Origin: Armatimonadota bacterium
Lineage (GTDB): Bacteria; Armatimonadota; SYMT01
Direction: 5' to 3'
Length of the DNA stretch: 64,000 bases
NCBI GenBank assembly: GCA_041690135.1
Contig: JAWLHY010000008.1
Coordinates: 192,001 to 256,000 of the forward strand
Shown: one piece after another, positions 46,105 through 56,188 of the stretch
Position numbering within the stretch: position 1 is the first letter of the stretch
Layout: each line of letters starts with the position of its first letter
Program-made: the position numbers and the translations under genes
Notes under the pieces: generated by a model
What the model was told of the DNA's origin: nothing
What the model saw: only the letters and a program-made list of their open reading frames with translations
The model's database searches: none

Positions 46105-48643
46105 GCGTCAGGAAAAGCCCCACGCGGAACGATTCCGGCCGGTACCGCCACTCCACCTGGGAGTTACCGGCCGGTACTGGGACTGCCTGAAAGCCGATGT
46201 TCGCGCGCACCACCGGAACGGAGGTTACCGGCTCCCCTTCGCGGTGCACGGTCGCTTTCCAGCCCGGGGCATACCCCTCGGCCAGCACGAGCAGCGCCGG
46301 ATCGGGTGTACTTACCGACGCGGAGATCCTGCCGGGAGCGACACGTTCGAGCCGGACCTCGGTAGTAGCGGTCGCAGAACCCGGAGGCGTTGCTTCCAGG
46401 CGTCGAGTCGAGCCGGGAGCCAGCGCCGCAACCCGGCGGGGAGCGGATTCGGGACGACTCAAGTAGGCCGCTGCGTCCGCGTCGGTAAGTTCTTCCCAGC
46501 CCGCAGCCACGTAGGCTTCCGGAAGCGCGCGCGGGTCGCGGTAGAGGAAGGGTCCATCCGGTCCCTGGCGAGCGACCAATTCCAGCCTGGGTATCTTCAA
46601 TTCCGTACGGCTGACGACCCACCCGGCACCAAAGAACGGCAGGAGCGGCGACCCCGCGTGTTTGAGGAAGAGAATGTTGCCGTTAGCCGCGGGGCTGGCA
46701 CTCGGCTCGGGACGGTTAACGGCATCCGCGAGGCTACGGTAGGTCCCCAGCAGCAGGGAGTCGTATCCCTGGATGCCGCGGTATCCGTAGGCAATGGCCG
46801 CGTTAGGGGGCAGGAGCGCCTGGGGCTGACGAAGGATGTCCCACTGCTGATTGAGGACGGCCACCCGACCCGGCGCGCTTCGCAATTGGTCGGTGAGCGG
46901 AGTGGCGGGATAGGCCAATTCCGGGCTGGAGAGCAGGTTGTAGGAGCCCCCCACGAGGAGCAATCCACCCGCGACCAGGAGCCCCGCCGCGGTCCCGAAG
47001 ACAGCCGTACGGTGATGGGGCTTGTTCTCCCGGAAGAGCCAGGCCAGCAACCCCAGCAGAAACCCGGTCAGCGCGGCGTACACGAGAGCGCGGACCAGTG
47101 CCGGCTGCGCGACCTGCTCCGTTTGCCGCTCGAGTTCGCCCGGCAGCAGACCGAGCGACACGAGTTGCTGCTGCGCCAGGAGGTGGAAGATCAGGATCAG
47201 GCCGATGGTGAGAGCGGTAGCCGCCGTCGCTGGCGCGAGGATAGATTGCCACCGCACCTCGACGCGCCGGAGGAGAACCTCTGCCCCCAGGGCCGCCAAC
47301 AGGGCCTGGGCGAGACAGAACAGTACCAGCGCGCGAGCGGGTGAACCGGATTGGGAGAAGCCGGGAACGTAAAAGTACAGAAGGCGCGCGAGAGGGGACC
47401 CTACCGCGAGGAGCAGTGAGAAAACCGCAAGCAGCGCCAACAGTCCGGTGCGCCCGTCGATCCGGCGCCCCTGCCACAGCCCTATCAACGCCAGGATGAA
47501 GGCACCCGCGCCGACGTGGCCCGCATATTCCATTACGTTCGGCGGGCCGTAGTTCCAGTAGCCCCAGAAGTCGTTCCTTACCGGCAGGCCGTAGTAATCC
47601 GGTACCAGCAAAGTGATCCAGTTCTGGAGGGGCAGGGCCAGCTTGACATACTCCTGAAAGCCCGCCGGTGTGGGCCCGGCCGCACGGTGCGACATCCGGC
47701 TGAGCTCTAAAGAGGGGAGAAACTGCGCGGCGGCAATTCCCAGGCCGAGTCCCACAACCAGGATCCCCAACCCCACGTTTGGCCAGAAACGGTGCGGTAA
47801 GCGTTCTCCCACCGTGGATACGGGGTCGCCTTTCCGCACTGCGGCGACGGTCTCCCACACCCAAAGGAGGCCAAGCGCCATCAGCCCGTAGAAGGCGATC
47901 TGCAGATGGCCGGCGAGCAGCATCATCCCGGCACTCAGTCCGCCAGCCGCAGCCCATCCCCATGAGCGCCGGCGGAGCGCTCGGGAAAGGCAGAGCAGGG
48001 CAAGTGGCAGCCAACAAGACACGGAGATGAAACTGGGTAACTCCAGCCACGCCACCGCGAACCCGGAAAGCTGGAAGGCGACCCCGCCGACAGCGGCTGC
48101 CAGGGGCCGAGCTCCCAGTTCACGGGCCAACAGGTAGGCGAAAGTCCCGGCCAGAGTCAGGTGGAGGAACGCCAACCAGCCCATCCGCACCGCCACCGTT
48201 TGCGGGTCTCCCGCATCCGGAGGCAGGTACAGCAGTAGGTGTAAGGGATAGAGCGGCGCCGACTGGCTATTGGCCAGGAAAGGGGTACCGCCGAGTACGT
48301 GCGGATCCCAGAGGGGAATCCGGCCCTCCGCAAAACTGCGCGCAGCGAACAGGCGCCACGGGAAGAATTCCGCCATGCCGTCCCACTGGAGAACGTTCCA
48401 CTGGGGCACCGCCTCCCGAGCCGCCTGGGAAAAGGCCGCGCTCCAGGGCTGAAAGTTCTTGAGATACTCGGCCGGAAGCAGCACTTTACCGCCAACGAGG
48501 ACTTCCCACAGCAAGAGGAAACTCAAGAGCGGAAAGACCGGGAGGACCAGGAGGCTGCGGAGAGGGGAGTGGCGGGCGGGCGAAGATGCCTCGGGGGCAG
48601 CCGGAGGAGCCACTTCAAGGTTGTCGGCGGACGCACCGTGCAC
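46037..48643 (-). CDS. YfhO-family multi-TM (GT-C type) membrane protein
   Basis: IPLWDPHVLGGTPFLAN.QSA..YP, LAGH.Q, IQGYD, LAEGYAPGWKATV, WRYRPESF. Confidence 0.88.
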   Translation of the reverse strand: MHGASADNLEVAPPAAPEASSPARHSPLRSLLVLPVFPLLSFLLLWEVLVGGKVLLPAEYLKNFQPWSAAFSQAAREAVPQWNVLQWDGMAEFFPWRLFAARSFAEGRIPLWDPHVLGGTPFLANSQSAPLYPLHLLLYLPPDAGDPQTVAVRMGWLAFLHLTLAGTFAYLLARELGARPLAAAVGGVAFQLSGFAVAWLELPSFISVSCWLPLALLCLSRALRRRSWGWAAAGGLSAGMMLLAGHLQIAFYGLMALGLLWVWETVAAVRKGDPVSTVGERLPHRFWPNVGLGILVVGLGLGIAAAQFLPSLELSRMSHRAAGPTPAGFQEYVKLALPLQNWITLLVPDYYGLPVRNDFWGYWNYGPPNVMEYAGHVGAGAFILALIGLWQGRRIDGRTGLLALLAVFSLLLAVGSPLARLLYFYVPGFSQSGSPARALVLFCLAQALLAALGAEVLLRRVEVRWQSILAPATAATALTIGLILIFHLLAQQQLVSLGLLPGELERQTEQVAQPALVRALVYAALTGFLLGLLAWLFRENKPHHRTAVFGTAAGLLVAGGLLLVGGSYNLLSSPELAYPATPLTDQLRSAPGRVAVLNQQWDILRQPQALLPPNAAIAYGYRGIQGYDSLLLGTYRSLADAVNRPEPSASPAANGNILFLKHAGSPLLPFFGAGWVVSRTELKIPRLELVARQGPDGPFLYRDPRALPEAYVAAGWEELTDADAAAYLSRPESAPRRVAALAPGSTRRLEATPPGSATATTEVRLERVAPGRISASVSTPDPALLVLAEGYAPGWKATVHREGEPVTSVPVVRANIGFQAVPVPAGNSQVEWRYRPESFRVGLFLTLTCLALALGTLLGSSRRPRQDR

Positions 48644-48649
48644 CAGGGG

Positions 48650-49177
48650 CTAGCTCTTAAACGTCCACAGCTTGTTGGCCGTGAAGTTCCAGAACACCAC
48701 GATCACCACCGCCACCGCAAAAGCGATCAGCGCCTCGGGGCCCTTGTAACCCGCGGGTTTCCCCGCGGTCAGCATCCGGTTCACCACGAAGAGGATCGTC
48801 TGGTTCAGCGTCAATCCGACGATGTTGACGGCCACAAAACGGGCGTACTGGACCTTCGCCAGGGTGGGATCCGTCTGGCGGAACGTCCACCGGCTATTCC
48901 AGAAGAAACCATTCGTCACCGCGAGGGAGAAGCCGGCCAGCGAAGCGACTTGAAGATAGACATCGTTCGCTACGCAAAACGCCTGGAGAGCCGGCCAGGG
49001 TGCAAGGAAGCTTTTGAGGGCCGAATCCAGGTGAGCCCCGTACACCAGGTACGAGAAGATGCTGGTGCTTATGACCGTGCTGCTGGCCCCGACGATACAA
49101 AACTTAACGAACTGCCGGAACGCCTGGCTGTGCAGCACGCTCTGTACGAGCCCGTGGGTCACTTGCATTACACTCAT
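48650..49177 (-). CDS. GtrA-family flippase-like protein
   Basis: QFVKFCIVG, NGFFWNSRWTF, FWNFTANKLWTF. Confidence 0.92.
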   Translation of the reverse strand: MSVMQVTHGLVQSVLHSQAFRQFVKFCIVGASSTVISTSIFSYLVYGAHLDSALKSFLAPWPALQAFCVANDVYLQVASLAGFSLAVTNGFFWNSRWTFRQTDPTLAKVQYARFVAVNIVGLTLNQTILFVVNRMLTAGKPAGYKGPEALIAFAVAVVIVVFWNFTANKLWTFKS

Positions 49178-49183
49178 AGTTCC

Positions 49184-49855
49184 TCACGCGCGGGTGGCGG
49201 GACGGGTGATCAGGGGGAAGCGGCCATTCACCACAAAACCCACGCGAGAATATAGTCGGTAAGCGTGCTCGTTATCAAGCGTTACCGCCAGACTCACTCT
49301 CTCGAAGCCTGCTTCGCGGTAACGCCAGAGACATTCCAGCAGCAAACTGGCGCCGGTCCCGCCCCGGTGTTCCGGGAGAACGGCCAGGTTGCCGATGAAC
49401 CCCTCCCGAGGACTCCGCACCGAGGCCATGATATCCCCACAAACCTGCCCCTGGTGCATGAGCATCAGGGTGCGTTCCGAATCGAAACGTCCGAACTTTC
49501 CGGCAATCGCCTCCCGCCACATCCGTTCGCAGCCCACGGGGGAGGAAAAATACTGCCAGTAGAGGCGGGCGTCCAGGGTGCCGCGATATGCCTGGTAGTC
49601 GAGTTGCGCTACTTCACGCAACAATGCCGGCTGCCACGACACTATCTCATACTCCGCCGGAAGGGAAGGACGTTCCACCAGCCGGGATAGTTCCAGGGTC
49701 ATGCCCGCACGCCAGCGGTAGAGCACGCCCACTCTCTCTAACGTGCGGCTCACGATGGGCCAACTGAGAAGGAACATCTTCCCATCCGAGGCCGGATCGA
49801 CAACTTCCAGTGGCCGGTACCACCTGTACCACAACAAGTGCGGGCCGGTCCGCAA
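49184..49855 (-). CDS. GNAT-family N-acetyltransferase (start uncertain)
   Basis: LAVLPEHRGGTGASLL, LAVTLDNEHAYRLYSRVGF. Confidence 0.85.
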   Translation of the reverse strand: MRTGPHLLWYRWYRPLEVVDPASDGKMFLLSWPIVSRTLERVGVLYRWRAGMTLELSRLVERPSLPAEYEIVSWQPALLREVAQLDYQAYRGTLDARLYWQYFSSPVGCERMWREAIAGKFGRFDSERTLMLMHQGQVCGDIMASVRSPREGFIGNLAVLPEHRGGTGASLLLECLWRYREAGFERVSLAVTLDNEHAYRLYSRVGFVVNGRFPLITRPATRA

Positions 49856-49924
49856 CCCCCCTGCGAGTGGTGGCCGCGCGTCCGCGCGGGGCTTAACGGA
49901 TGACGATGGAGGGAGGAATGCCCC

Positions 49925-50293
49925 TCAACGGAAGTAGACGATGTGGCGCAGGGCCTGCGGGTGAGACGGGTCGGCTTCCAGCACCGTCTCCAATTCGGCT
50001 TTCGCCTCATCCATGAATCCTAACATCGAGTACGCCAACGCGAGATCGACCCGGGCGTCAAGAAATTGTCCATCCAGTTCCACGGCTCGCCGCAATTCCT
50101 CGATGGACTCTTCGAATTGCCCGGTGAAATTCATCACCAGGCCCAACTCGCGATGCGCGCGAGCACTGTCCGGCACGTCCTCCAGGACGGCCAGAATCTC
50201 TCGCAGAGCTTCTTCGTAGCGACCTTCGACCTTCAGGGCAACGCCCCTCTGAAGGCGCTCGTCAAGGGTCATCTCCGCAATCTCCGGAGTCAT
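49925..50293 (-). CDS. Small tetratricopeptide-repeat protein
   Basis: Three TPR-like units (GRYEEA, GQFEESI, GFMDEAK); GGGAGG SD. Confidence 0.85.
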   Translation of the reverse strand: MTPEIAEMTLDERLQRGVALKVEGRYEEALREILAVLEDVPDSARAHRELGLVMNFTGQFEESIEELRRAVELDGQFLDARVDLALAYSMLGFMDEAKAELETVLEADPSHPQALRHIVYFR

Positions 50294-50499
50294 AGGCGCG
50301 CCTCGTCCTCCCTGGGTGCGTACGTGGAAGAATAAGGATTAGTGCGGCACAGCCTCTGGGACCTGCCGAAGCGCTTGTTTACCGGTTAGCCGAAGTCGTA
50401 CGGAATTCCTTCCTTCGGACTAACCAACTCTCATCTATTCAACCGGAGCAGCGATGTTGGTCTAAAGCTGCCCTCAACTCACGGCCATCCAAACGGAAG

Positions 50500-51441
50500 C
50501 TACTCCGTAAGACCCGGATCCCACTGCTCTCCGACGCCAACGCGATAACCACGACAGAACGCCGCCCCATCCGTGCGCGCGCGGTTCGGCGGCTGAACAT
50601 CCAGGAGCCGAAGGGCTTCCTTCCCGGTCTGAATCACGAGCGAGGAAGGGTCCACAACCGTTCCGGGAGCAAGTTCCGGTCGGCCGGGCACAACCTCTGC
50701 TCGCCAGAGTTTCACCGTCTCGCCGTGGCGGCGCGCATGGGCGCCGGGCGCCGGGTTGCAGCCGTGAATCTGATTGCGAATCTCGACTGCCGAACGGGTC
50801 CAGTCCACAGCTCCGTGTTCCCGACGCAGCATCGGTGCGTAAGTGGCCTGCGCGTGGTCCTGCGGGATTCGGGGAGCGGCGTGCGCTCCCACGCCCGAAA
50901 GCGTCTCCACCAGTAGTTTCGCTCCCAACGGGGCCAGCCGTTCCGCCAGCGTTCCGGCCGTGTCTTCCGGTAAGATCGGCAACTTCGCCTTCAGGATCAT
51001 GTCCCCCGTGTCCATTCCGGGGTCCATGAACATCGTTGTGACGCCCGTTTCCGTATAGCCGCGGATAATGGCCCACTGAATGGGCGCAGCGCCCCGCAGT
51101 TCCGGCAGGAGCGAGCCGTGGACGTTGAGGCATCCCATGGGCGGAATCTCCAACACTGCCGGACGCAGGATCTGCCCATACGCCACCACGACGATGACCT
51201 GCGGCCGTTGCTCCGCGAGTTCGGCTACGAACTTCGGGTCCGAGGCCTTCTCGGGCTGGAGTACCGGCAAGCCGAGGGCGAGCGCTGCCTCCTTCACCGG
51301 GGGCGCCTGAAGTTTCATGCCTCGCCCGTGGGGTCGATCCGGCTGCGCGACTACGGCGCGCACGCGATACCCGGCCGCGACCACGGCCTGAAGGCACGGA
51401 ACGGCGAACGGCGCCGTACCCATGAAGACGACGTCCAGCAT
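50500..51441 (-). CDS. fmt: Methionyl-tRNA formyltransferase
   Basis: VFMGTAPFA, QPDRPHGRG, NVHGSLLPELRGAAPIQWAI, GMDTGD. Confidence 0.96.
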   Translation of the reverse strand: MLDVVFMGTAPFAVPCLQAVVAAGYRVRAVVAQPDRPHGRGMKLQAPPVKEAALALGLPVLQPEKASDPKFVAELAEQRPQVIVVVAYGQILRPAVLEIPPMGCLNVHGSLLPELRGAAPIQWAIIRGYTETGVTTMFMDPGMDTGDMILKAKLPILPEDTAGTLAERLAPLGAKLLVETLSGVGAHAAPRIPQDHAQATYAPMLRREHGAVDWTRSAVEIRNQIHGCNPAPGAHARRHGETVKLWRAEVVPGRPELAPGTVVDPSSLVIQTGKEALRLLDVQPPNRARTDGAAFCRGYRVGVGEQWDPGLTE

Positions 51442-51459
51442 CGCTCGTCAACTCCTCTT

Positions 51460-51975
51460 TCAGTCGCCGGTGCGGCGTCCACGACTCCGGCGCTCGTCTT
51501 CCTGGTCTTCCGTGATCCAGTGGAGCGACTCTTTATCCGCGCGATCGATGAAAAGGACGCCGTTCAGGTGATCGATCTCGTGCTGAAACACACGGGCGAG
51601 GTAATCGGTGGCTTCGATGCGCACCGGCCGGCCGCGACGGTTGAGGCCGGTGACCAGCAGCCGAGTGTGGCGCGGCACCTCACCCTGGAGCCGAGGGATG
51701 CTGAGGCAGCCTTCCACGCCCAGTTCTTCGCCTTCGGCTTCCACGATTTCGGGGTTAATCAACGCATCGGGGCCCTCACCGATGTCGTAGACGAAGAGGC
51801 GCTGCCGGATGAACACCTGCGGGGCGGCGAGGCCGACTCCGGCCGCATCGTTCATGGTCTCGATCATATCGTCGATCAACTGGCGGGTCTTGTCCGTGAT
51901 TTTCAGGACGGGCTTGCAGCGGTCCCGCAGCAATTCTTCTTCCTGGGGGTACTTCGCGATCTTCAACTTGGGCAT
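51460..51975 (-). CDS. def: Peptide deformylase
   Basis: GVGLAAPQV, EGCLSIP, QHEIDHLNG. Confidence 0.97.
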   Translation of the reverse strand: MPKLKIAKYPQEEELLRDRCKPVLKITDKTRQLIDDMIETMNDAAGVGLAAPQVFIRQRLFVYDIGEGPDALINPEIVEAEGEELGVEGCLSIPRLQGEVPRHTRLLVTGLNRRGRPVRIEATDYLARVFQHEIDHLNGVLFIDRADKESLHWITEDQEDERRSRGRRTGD

Positions 51976-52048
51976 GGGTTGCTGAGACTTGCCTTTCCGG
52001 ACTGGGTCACTTTCGTCCCTCATCATAACAGATGGAACGCCCCTCCGT

Positions 52049-54646
52049 TTAGAGGAGATCGACCGGCTCAACATCGATGGCGATACCGCCGATCCGCTTC
52101 TGAACCTGGGGCCAGGCTTCCGCAAGCACGGCGCGGATGGCCGCCCGCGAGCCAGCTTTGAGGAGGAGGTGAAAGCGGTAGCGATCGCGCAGGCGGGCCA
52201 GCGGACAGGGGGCCGGCCCTCGTACCTCTACTTCGTAGCTTGCTGCCAGGGGGCGGAGCATTTCGGCAGCAGCTTCGATGCGGCTGCGGGCGACGGCTTC
52301 CTCCTGGTGGGCGGAGAGGAACCGGGCAAGGGAGCCGAAGGGCGGGTAACTCGTCTCTTCCCGAGAGCGAATCTCGGTCTGGAAGAAACCGCGGTAATCA
52401 TGCCGGGCTGCCGCCTGGATGCTGGGATGATCCGGGTTGAACGCCTGGACCACGACCTCCCCAGGTCGATCGCCCCGGCCGGCCCGGCCACTCACCTGGG
52501 TGAGCAATTGAAAAGCGCGCTCTCCTGCCCGGAAGTCCGGCATATTAAGCGCCACGTCCGCCGTAACCACTCCCACCAGGGTCACCCCGGGGAAGTCGAA
52601 ACCTTTAGTAACCATTTGCGTGCCCACCAGGATGTCGATTTCCCCATCCCGCACCTGGTTGACGATGCGGACGTGGGCATCTTTGGAGGAGATGCTGTCC
52701 CGGTCCAGCCGCGCGATCCGGGCGCTGGGCAGGAGTTGCCGAACGGCCTCCTCGACGCGCTGGGTACCGAGTCCGAACTGTCCCACGCGCGGCCCCATGC
52801 ATCGCTCGCAGACCTGGGGCGCCTGGCGCATGTAGTCGCAATGGTGGCACAACAGCACGCCGACCCGGTGACGGTGAAGCGTGAGGCTCACGTCGCAATT
52901 AGGGCAGTCCGGCACAAACCCGCAATCGCGGCACAGGACGAACGCGCTGAAGCCCCGGCGGTTGAGGAACAGGATCGACTGTTCGCCGTTAGCCAGGCGC
53001 TGGCGCAGGCGGTCCTCGAGAAGGCGGCTGAAAATGCTCCGCGGCTTCGAGCGGCTCTCCTCCCGAAGGTCGACGACATCCACGGTGGGCAACGGCCGCT
53101 GATTGACCCGCTCCGGAAGCTCCAGGAACTGGTAATCCCCGTTGAGAGCGGCGTGGAAGCTCTCTACACTGGGGGTCGCGCTGCCGAGCACCACACACCC
53201 GCCGGAGATGCGGGCGCGTTCCTGCGCGGCCTCGCGCGCATGGTAGCGAGGGCTGCGCTCTCCTTGCTTGTAGCTGCCGTCGTGCTCCTCATCCAGGATG
53301 ATGATCGCGGGATCCTTGAGAGGCGAGAAGAGCGCACTGCGGGGACCGACCACCACGTCCGCATCGCCTCGCCGCACCCGTTCCCACTCATCGAACCGCT
53401 CTCCGTCGGATAGGGCGCTGTGCAGGATCGCGACGCGCTCGCCCAGGCGCCGGCGCACCGCCGCGGCTACCTGGGCCGTAAGGGAGATCTCCGGCACCAG
53501 CAGGGCCGCGGTCCGCCCGGCCGCGCGTGCTTCCTCAATGGCGTGGAGATAGACCTCCGTTTTGCCGCTGCCGGTGACGCCGAACAGGAGCAGGCTCTCC
53601 CCCTGGCCGCGCTGCATAGCCGCCCGGATCGTCCCTGCCGCCGCTCCTTGAAATGGAGAAAGCTCCGGAGCGGTGTCCCGAGCCGCATCGTAGCCGCCGG
53701 GAGCCCGGCGAACTTGCAGCCGGGTGGATTCCAAAAGACCCCGGTTGACCAAACCGGTGATGACGGAAGCGGACACCGCCAACTCCTCGCAGAGCTGCGC
53801 CTGGGCGACGGGGGAGGGGTCTCCACGCTGCTCCAGATATTCGAGGACCCGCTTCTGCTGGGCACCGAGACGTGGCTTCTTTCCATTCTCCGGCGCGGGC
53901 TGCCTCGGAATTGCCGGGGCTGCCGTTTTCTCCCCGGTAGTGTCGTCGTCCGCGTCGCTGGCAGTAGCCGCAGCGGGATCCACTAACTGGACCGCCTTGA
54001 CCCACTTGGTCCGCACCTTGGGAGGCAGCAGGAGTTGCTCTTCTTGGACCCAACCCTCGGAGCGGGCTCGACGCAGGGCCGGTCCGAAGTTGGCGGCCCG
54101 GACGGCCAACTCCAGAGCATCCCTGGAGAGCGTGCCGCCCGCGTTCCGCAGGGCTTGGTACAGCGAAGTGAGGGTCTGTCGGGTGAGAATGCCGATGCGG
54201 GCCGGAAGGGAGCCGTCCCAATCCCCCAGCGACACCACGGACTGCAACTCCGCTCCGTGGCGTTCCGGCACGGCAAGCGGCATCGCGTCCGCCAGAGAGC
54301 AGCAGTTTTCCGCGGCTACCGACCGGAGCAACTCCACCATGTGGACATCGAAGGCCGGATCGGGACGGGGAATGCCGCGGATGGGCCGCAGACGGCTCAG
54401 TTCGATGCGCCCCTCCGGGCGGCACGGCGCGAGCGGCTCCACAGAGAGCACATAACCCAGTTGATCGCGTCCGCCGAGCGGGACTAGAACCGGCACACCG
54501 ACCGCGACCTGGCCCTGGAGCGCTTGCGGTACGAGGTACGTAAGAGATTCCGGCAGGCCGGCGGGAGAGGGAAGCAGCACGACCTGTGCCACCTCCACAC
54601 TTGCGGGCGGATCGGGCTGTGTTTCCGGATCGAGGGCAAGGCTCAC
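52049..54646 (-). CDS. priA: Primosomal protein N' (start uncertain; ORF open to 54727)
   Basis: GVTGSGKTEVY, LVPEISLT, DEEH, four CxxC motifs, GTQMVTKGFDFP, QVSGRAGR. Confidence 0.96.
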   Translation of the reverse strand: MSLALDPETQPDPPASVEVAQVVLLPSPAGLPESLTYLVPQALQGQVAVGVPVLVPLGGRDQLGYVLSVEPLAPCRPEGRIELSRLRPIRGIPRPDPAFDVHMVELLRSVAAENCCSLADAMPLAVPERHGAELQSVVSLGDWDGSLPARIGILTRQTLTSLYQALRNAGGTLSRDALELAVRAANFGPALRRARSEGWVQEEQLLLPPKVRTKWVKAVQLVDPAAATASDADDDTTGEKTAAPAIPRQPAPENGKKPRLGAQQKRVLEYLEQRGDPSPVAQAQLCEELAVSASVITGLVNRGLLESTRLQVRRAPGGYDAARDTAPELSPFQGAAAGTIRAAMQRGQGESLLLFGVTGSGKTEVYLHAIEEARAAGRTAALLVPEISLTAQVAAAVRRRLGERVAILHSALSDGERFDEWERVRRGDADVVVGPRSALFSPLKDPAIIILDEEHDGSYKQGERSPRYHAREAAQERARISGGCVVLGSATPSVESFHAALNGDYQFLELPERVNQRPLPTVDVVDLREESRSKPRSIFSRLLEDRLRQRLANGEQSILFLNRRGFSAFVLCRDCGFVPDCPNCDVSLTLHRHRVGVLLCHHCDYMRQAPQVCERCMGPRVGQFGLGTQRVEEAVRQLLPSARIARLDRDSISSKDAHVRIVNQVRDGEIDILVGTQMVTKGFDFPGVTLVGVVTADVALNMPDFRAGERAFQLLTQVSGRAGRGDRPGEVVVQAFNPDHPSIQAAARHDYRGFFQTEIRSREETSYPPFGSLARFLSAHQEEAVARSRIEAAAEMLRPLAASYEVEVRGPAPCPLARLRDRYRFHLLLKAGSRAAIRAVLAEAWPQVQKRIGGIAIDVEPVDLL

Positions 54647-54763
54647 GGCGGTGGTTCTGATCGGGGTTACGAGTATCCGGAGATAAGCGAGAACGGGGGG
54701 ATGGGAGCCGAAATACTCCGGCTGCACCCATCCCCCCAGTTTCGCACTCCCGATAGCCGATGC

Positions 54764-55906
54764 CTAGGCGCCGTTGCGGAGTGTCTCGGCCATGTCGGTC
54801 TGCTCCCAGGAAACGTCCAGGTCGGTGCGACCGAAGTGGCCGTAGGCCGCAGTCTGGCGATACACGGGGCGACGGAGGTCGAGATGGCTGATGATGCCCG
54901 CCGGCGTCAGGTCGAAGTACTTATTGACCAGTTCCACCAGGCGGTCGTCCGAGACCACCCCGGTGCCGAAGCTGTCCACAAACACCGAGAGCGGCTCGCG
55001 CTTGCCGATGGCGTAGGCCACCTGCAACTCCACCCGCTTAGCAAGTCCGGCGGCGACCAGGTTCTTCGCCACGTACCGCATCATGTAGGCCGCCGAGCGG
55101 TCCACCTTCGTCGGGTCCTTGCCGCTGAAGGCGCCGCCGCCATGGCGAGCCATGCCACCGTAGGTGTCCACGATGATCTTGCGGCCGGTGAGCCCGGTAT
55201 CGCCCTGCGGGCCTCCGATTGCGAAGCTGCCGGTCGGGTTTACGAAGTACTGGGTATCCGCGTCCACCATCTCCACGGGGAGAATTGGCTTGATCACCTT
55301 CTCCACCAGATCCTCATGGATGGTGGCCTGGGGGATGCTCGGCTGGTGCTGGGCGGAGATGAGAACCTTGTCGATGCGGACCGGTACGCCATCTTCGTAC
55401 TTGACCGTGACCTGCGTCTTACCGTCCGGGCGCAGATAGGGGAGTTGCCCGTTCTTGCGAACCGCCGCCAGTTGACGCGCCAGCTTGTGCGCGGTCATGA
55501 TCGGCAGCGGCATCAACTCGGGGGTTTCGTCGCAGGCATAGCCGAACATCATGCCCTGGTCGCCGGCCCCGCCGGTATCTACGCCCATGGCAATGTCCGG
55601 GGACTGCTTCTGGATGGCCGTAAGCACGCCGCAGGTTTCCGAGTCGAACCCGTACTTGGCGCGGGTGTATCCGCACTCTTCCAGAGTGCGCCGCACCAGG
55701 TCGGGGATTTCCACGTAACCCGAAGTCGTGATCTCACCGGCAACGACCACGAGGCCGGTGGTGAGGAAGGCCTCACAGGCCACGCGCGAAGTGGGGTCCT
55801 GGGCCAGCATCGCGTCCAGGACCGCGTCCGAAATCTGATCGGCCAGCTTATCGGGATGGCCTTCCGTGACGGACTCGGAAGTAAAGTAAAACGAACGACT
55901 ACTCAT
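54764..55906 (-). CDS. metK: S-adenosylmethionine synthetase
   Basis: [37 protein letters not shown]. Confidence 0.98.
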   Translation of the reverse strand: MSSRSFYFTSESVTEGHPDKLADQISDAVLDAMLAQDPTSRVACEAFLTTGLVVVAGEITTSGYVEIPDLVRRTLEECGYTRAKYGFDSETCGVLTAIQKQSPDIAMGVDTGGAGDQGMMFGYACDETPELMPLPIMTAHKLARQLAAVRKNGQLPYLRPDGKTQVTVKYEDGVPVRIDKVLISAQHQPSIPQATIHEDLVEKVIKPILPVEMVDADTQYFVNPTGSFAIGGPQGDTGLTGRKIIVDTYGGMARHGGGAFSGKDPTKVDRSAAYMMRYVAKNLVAAGLAKRVELQVAYAIGKREPLSVFVDSFGTGVVSDDRLVELVNKYFDLTPAGIISHLDLRRPVYRQTAAYGHFGRTDLDVSWEQTDMAETLRNGA

Positions 55907-55911
55907 AACGT

Positions 55912-56184
55912 GTTGAACCTCCCCACGCCGTCTAGCGCGTGGTTAGCGCCCTTGCACGATCCGTTAGCGATGTCCGTGCCCCGCAGGCGGTGGGGCGGAC
56001 GGAACAGCATACCCGAGAAGGAACTGCCTCCCCGATGGCGAACCGGTCGCTCCCTGCGACCATGCACCCATGTCGGTCAGGAATGGCAAACGGCTCTTCT
56101 CGCTACGCAGGTAACTGCCGGACCGTTTCCTCCAAGGCGCCAAGGTGAAAGACGTGTCCCCAGCGGCAGCGACCAATCTTATCA
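55912..56184 (-). promoter_or_regulatory. Long structured 5' leader of metK with extended -10 promoter (candidate regulatory RNA)
   Basis: TGaTAAGAT at 56176-56184; hairpins 56110-56174, 56007-56108, 55971-56000, 55923-55942, the last abutting the GGAGG SD. Confidence 0.5.
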
Positions 56185-56188
56185 TTTT

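Noticed and set aside
55912-56184. Canonical SAM-I, SAM-III (SMK) or T-box assignment
   Set aside because: The AUCxAGAG/GCAACC, UUCCCGAAAGG and UGGNACC consensus cores were not found; kept only as an unassigned structured leader
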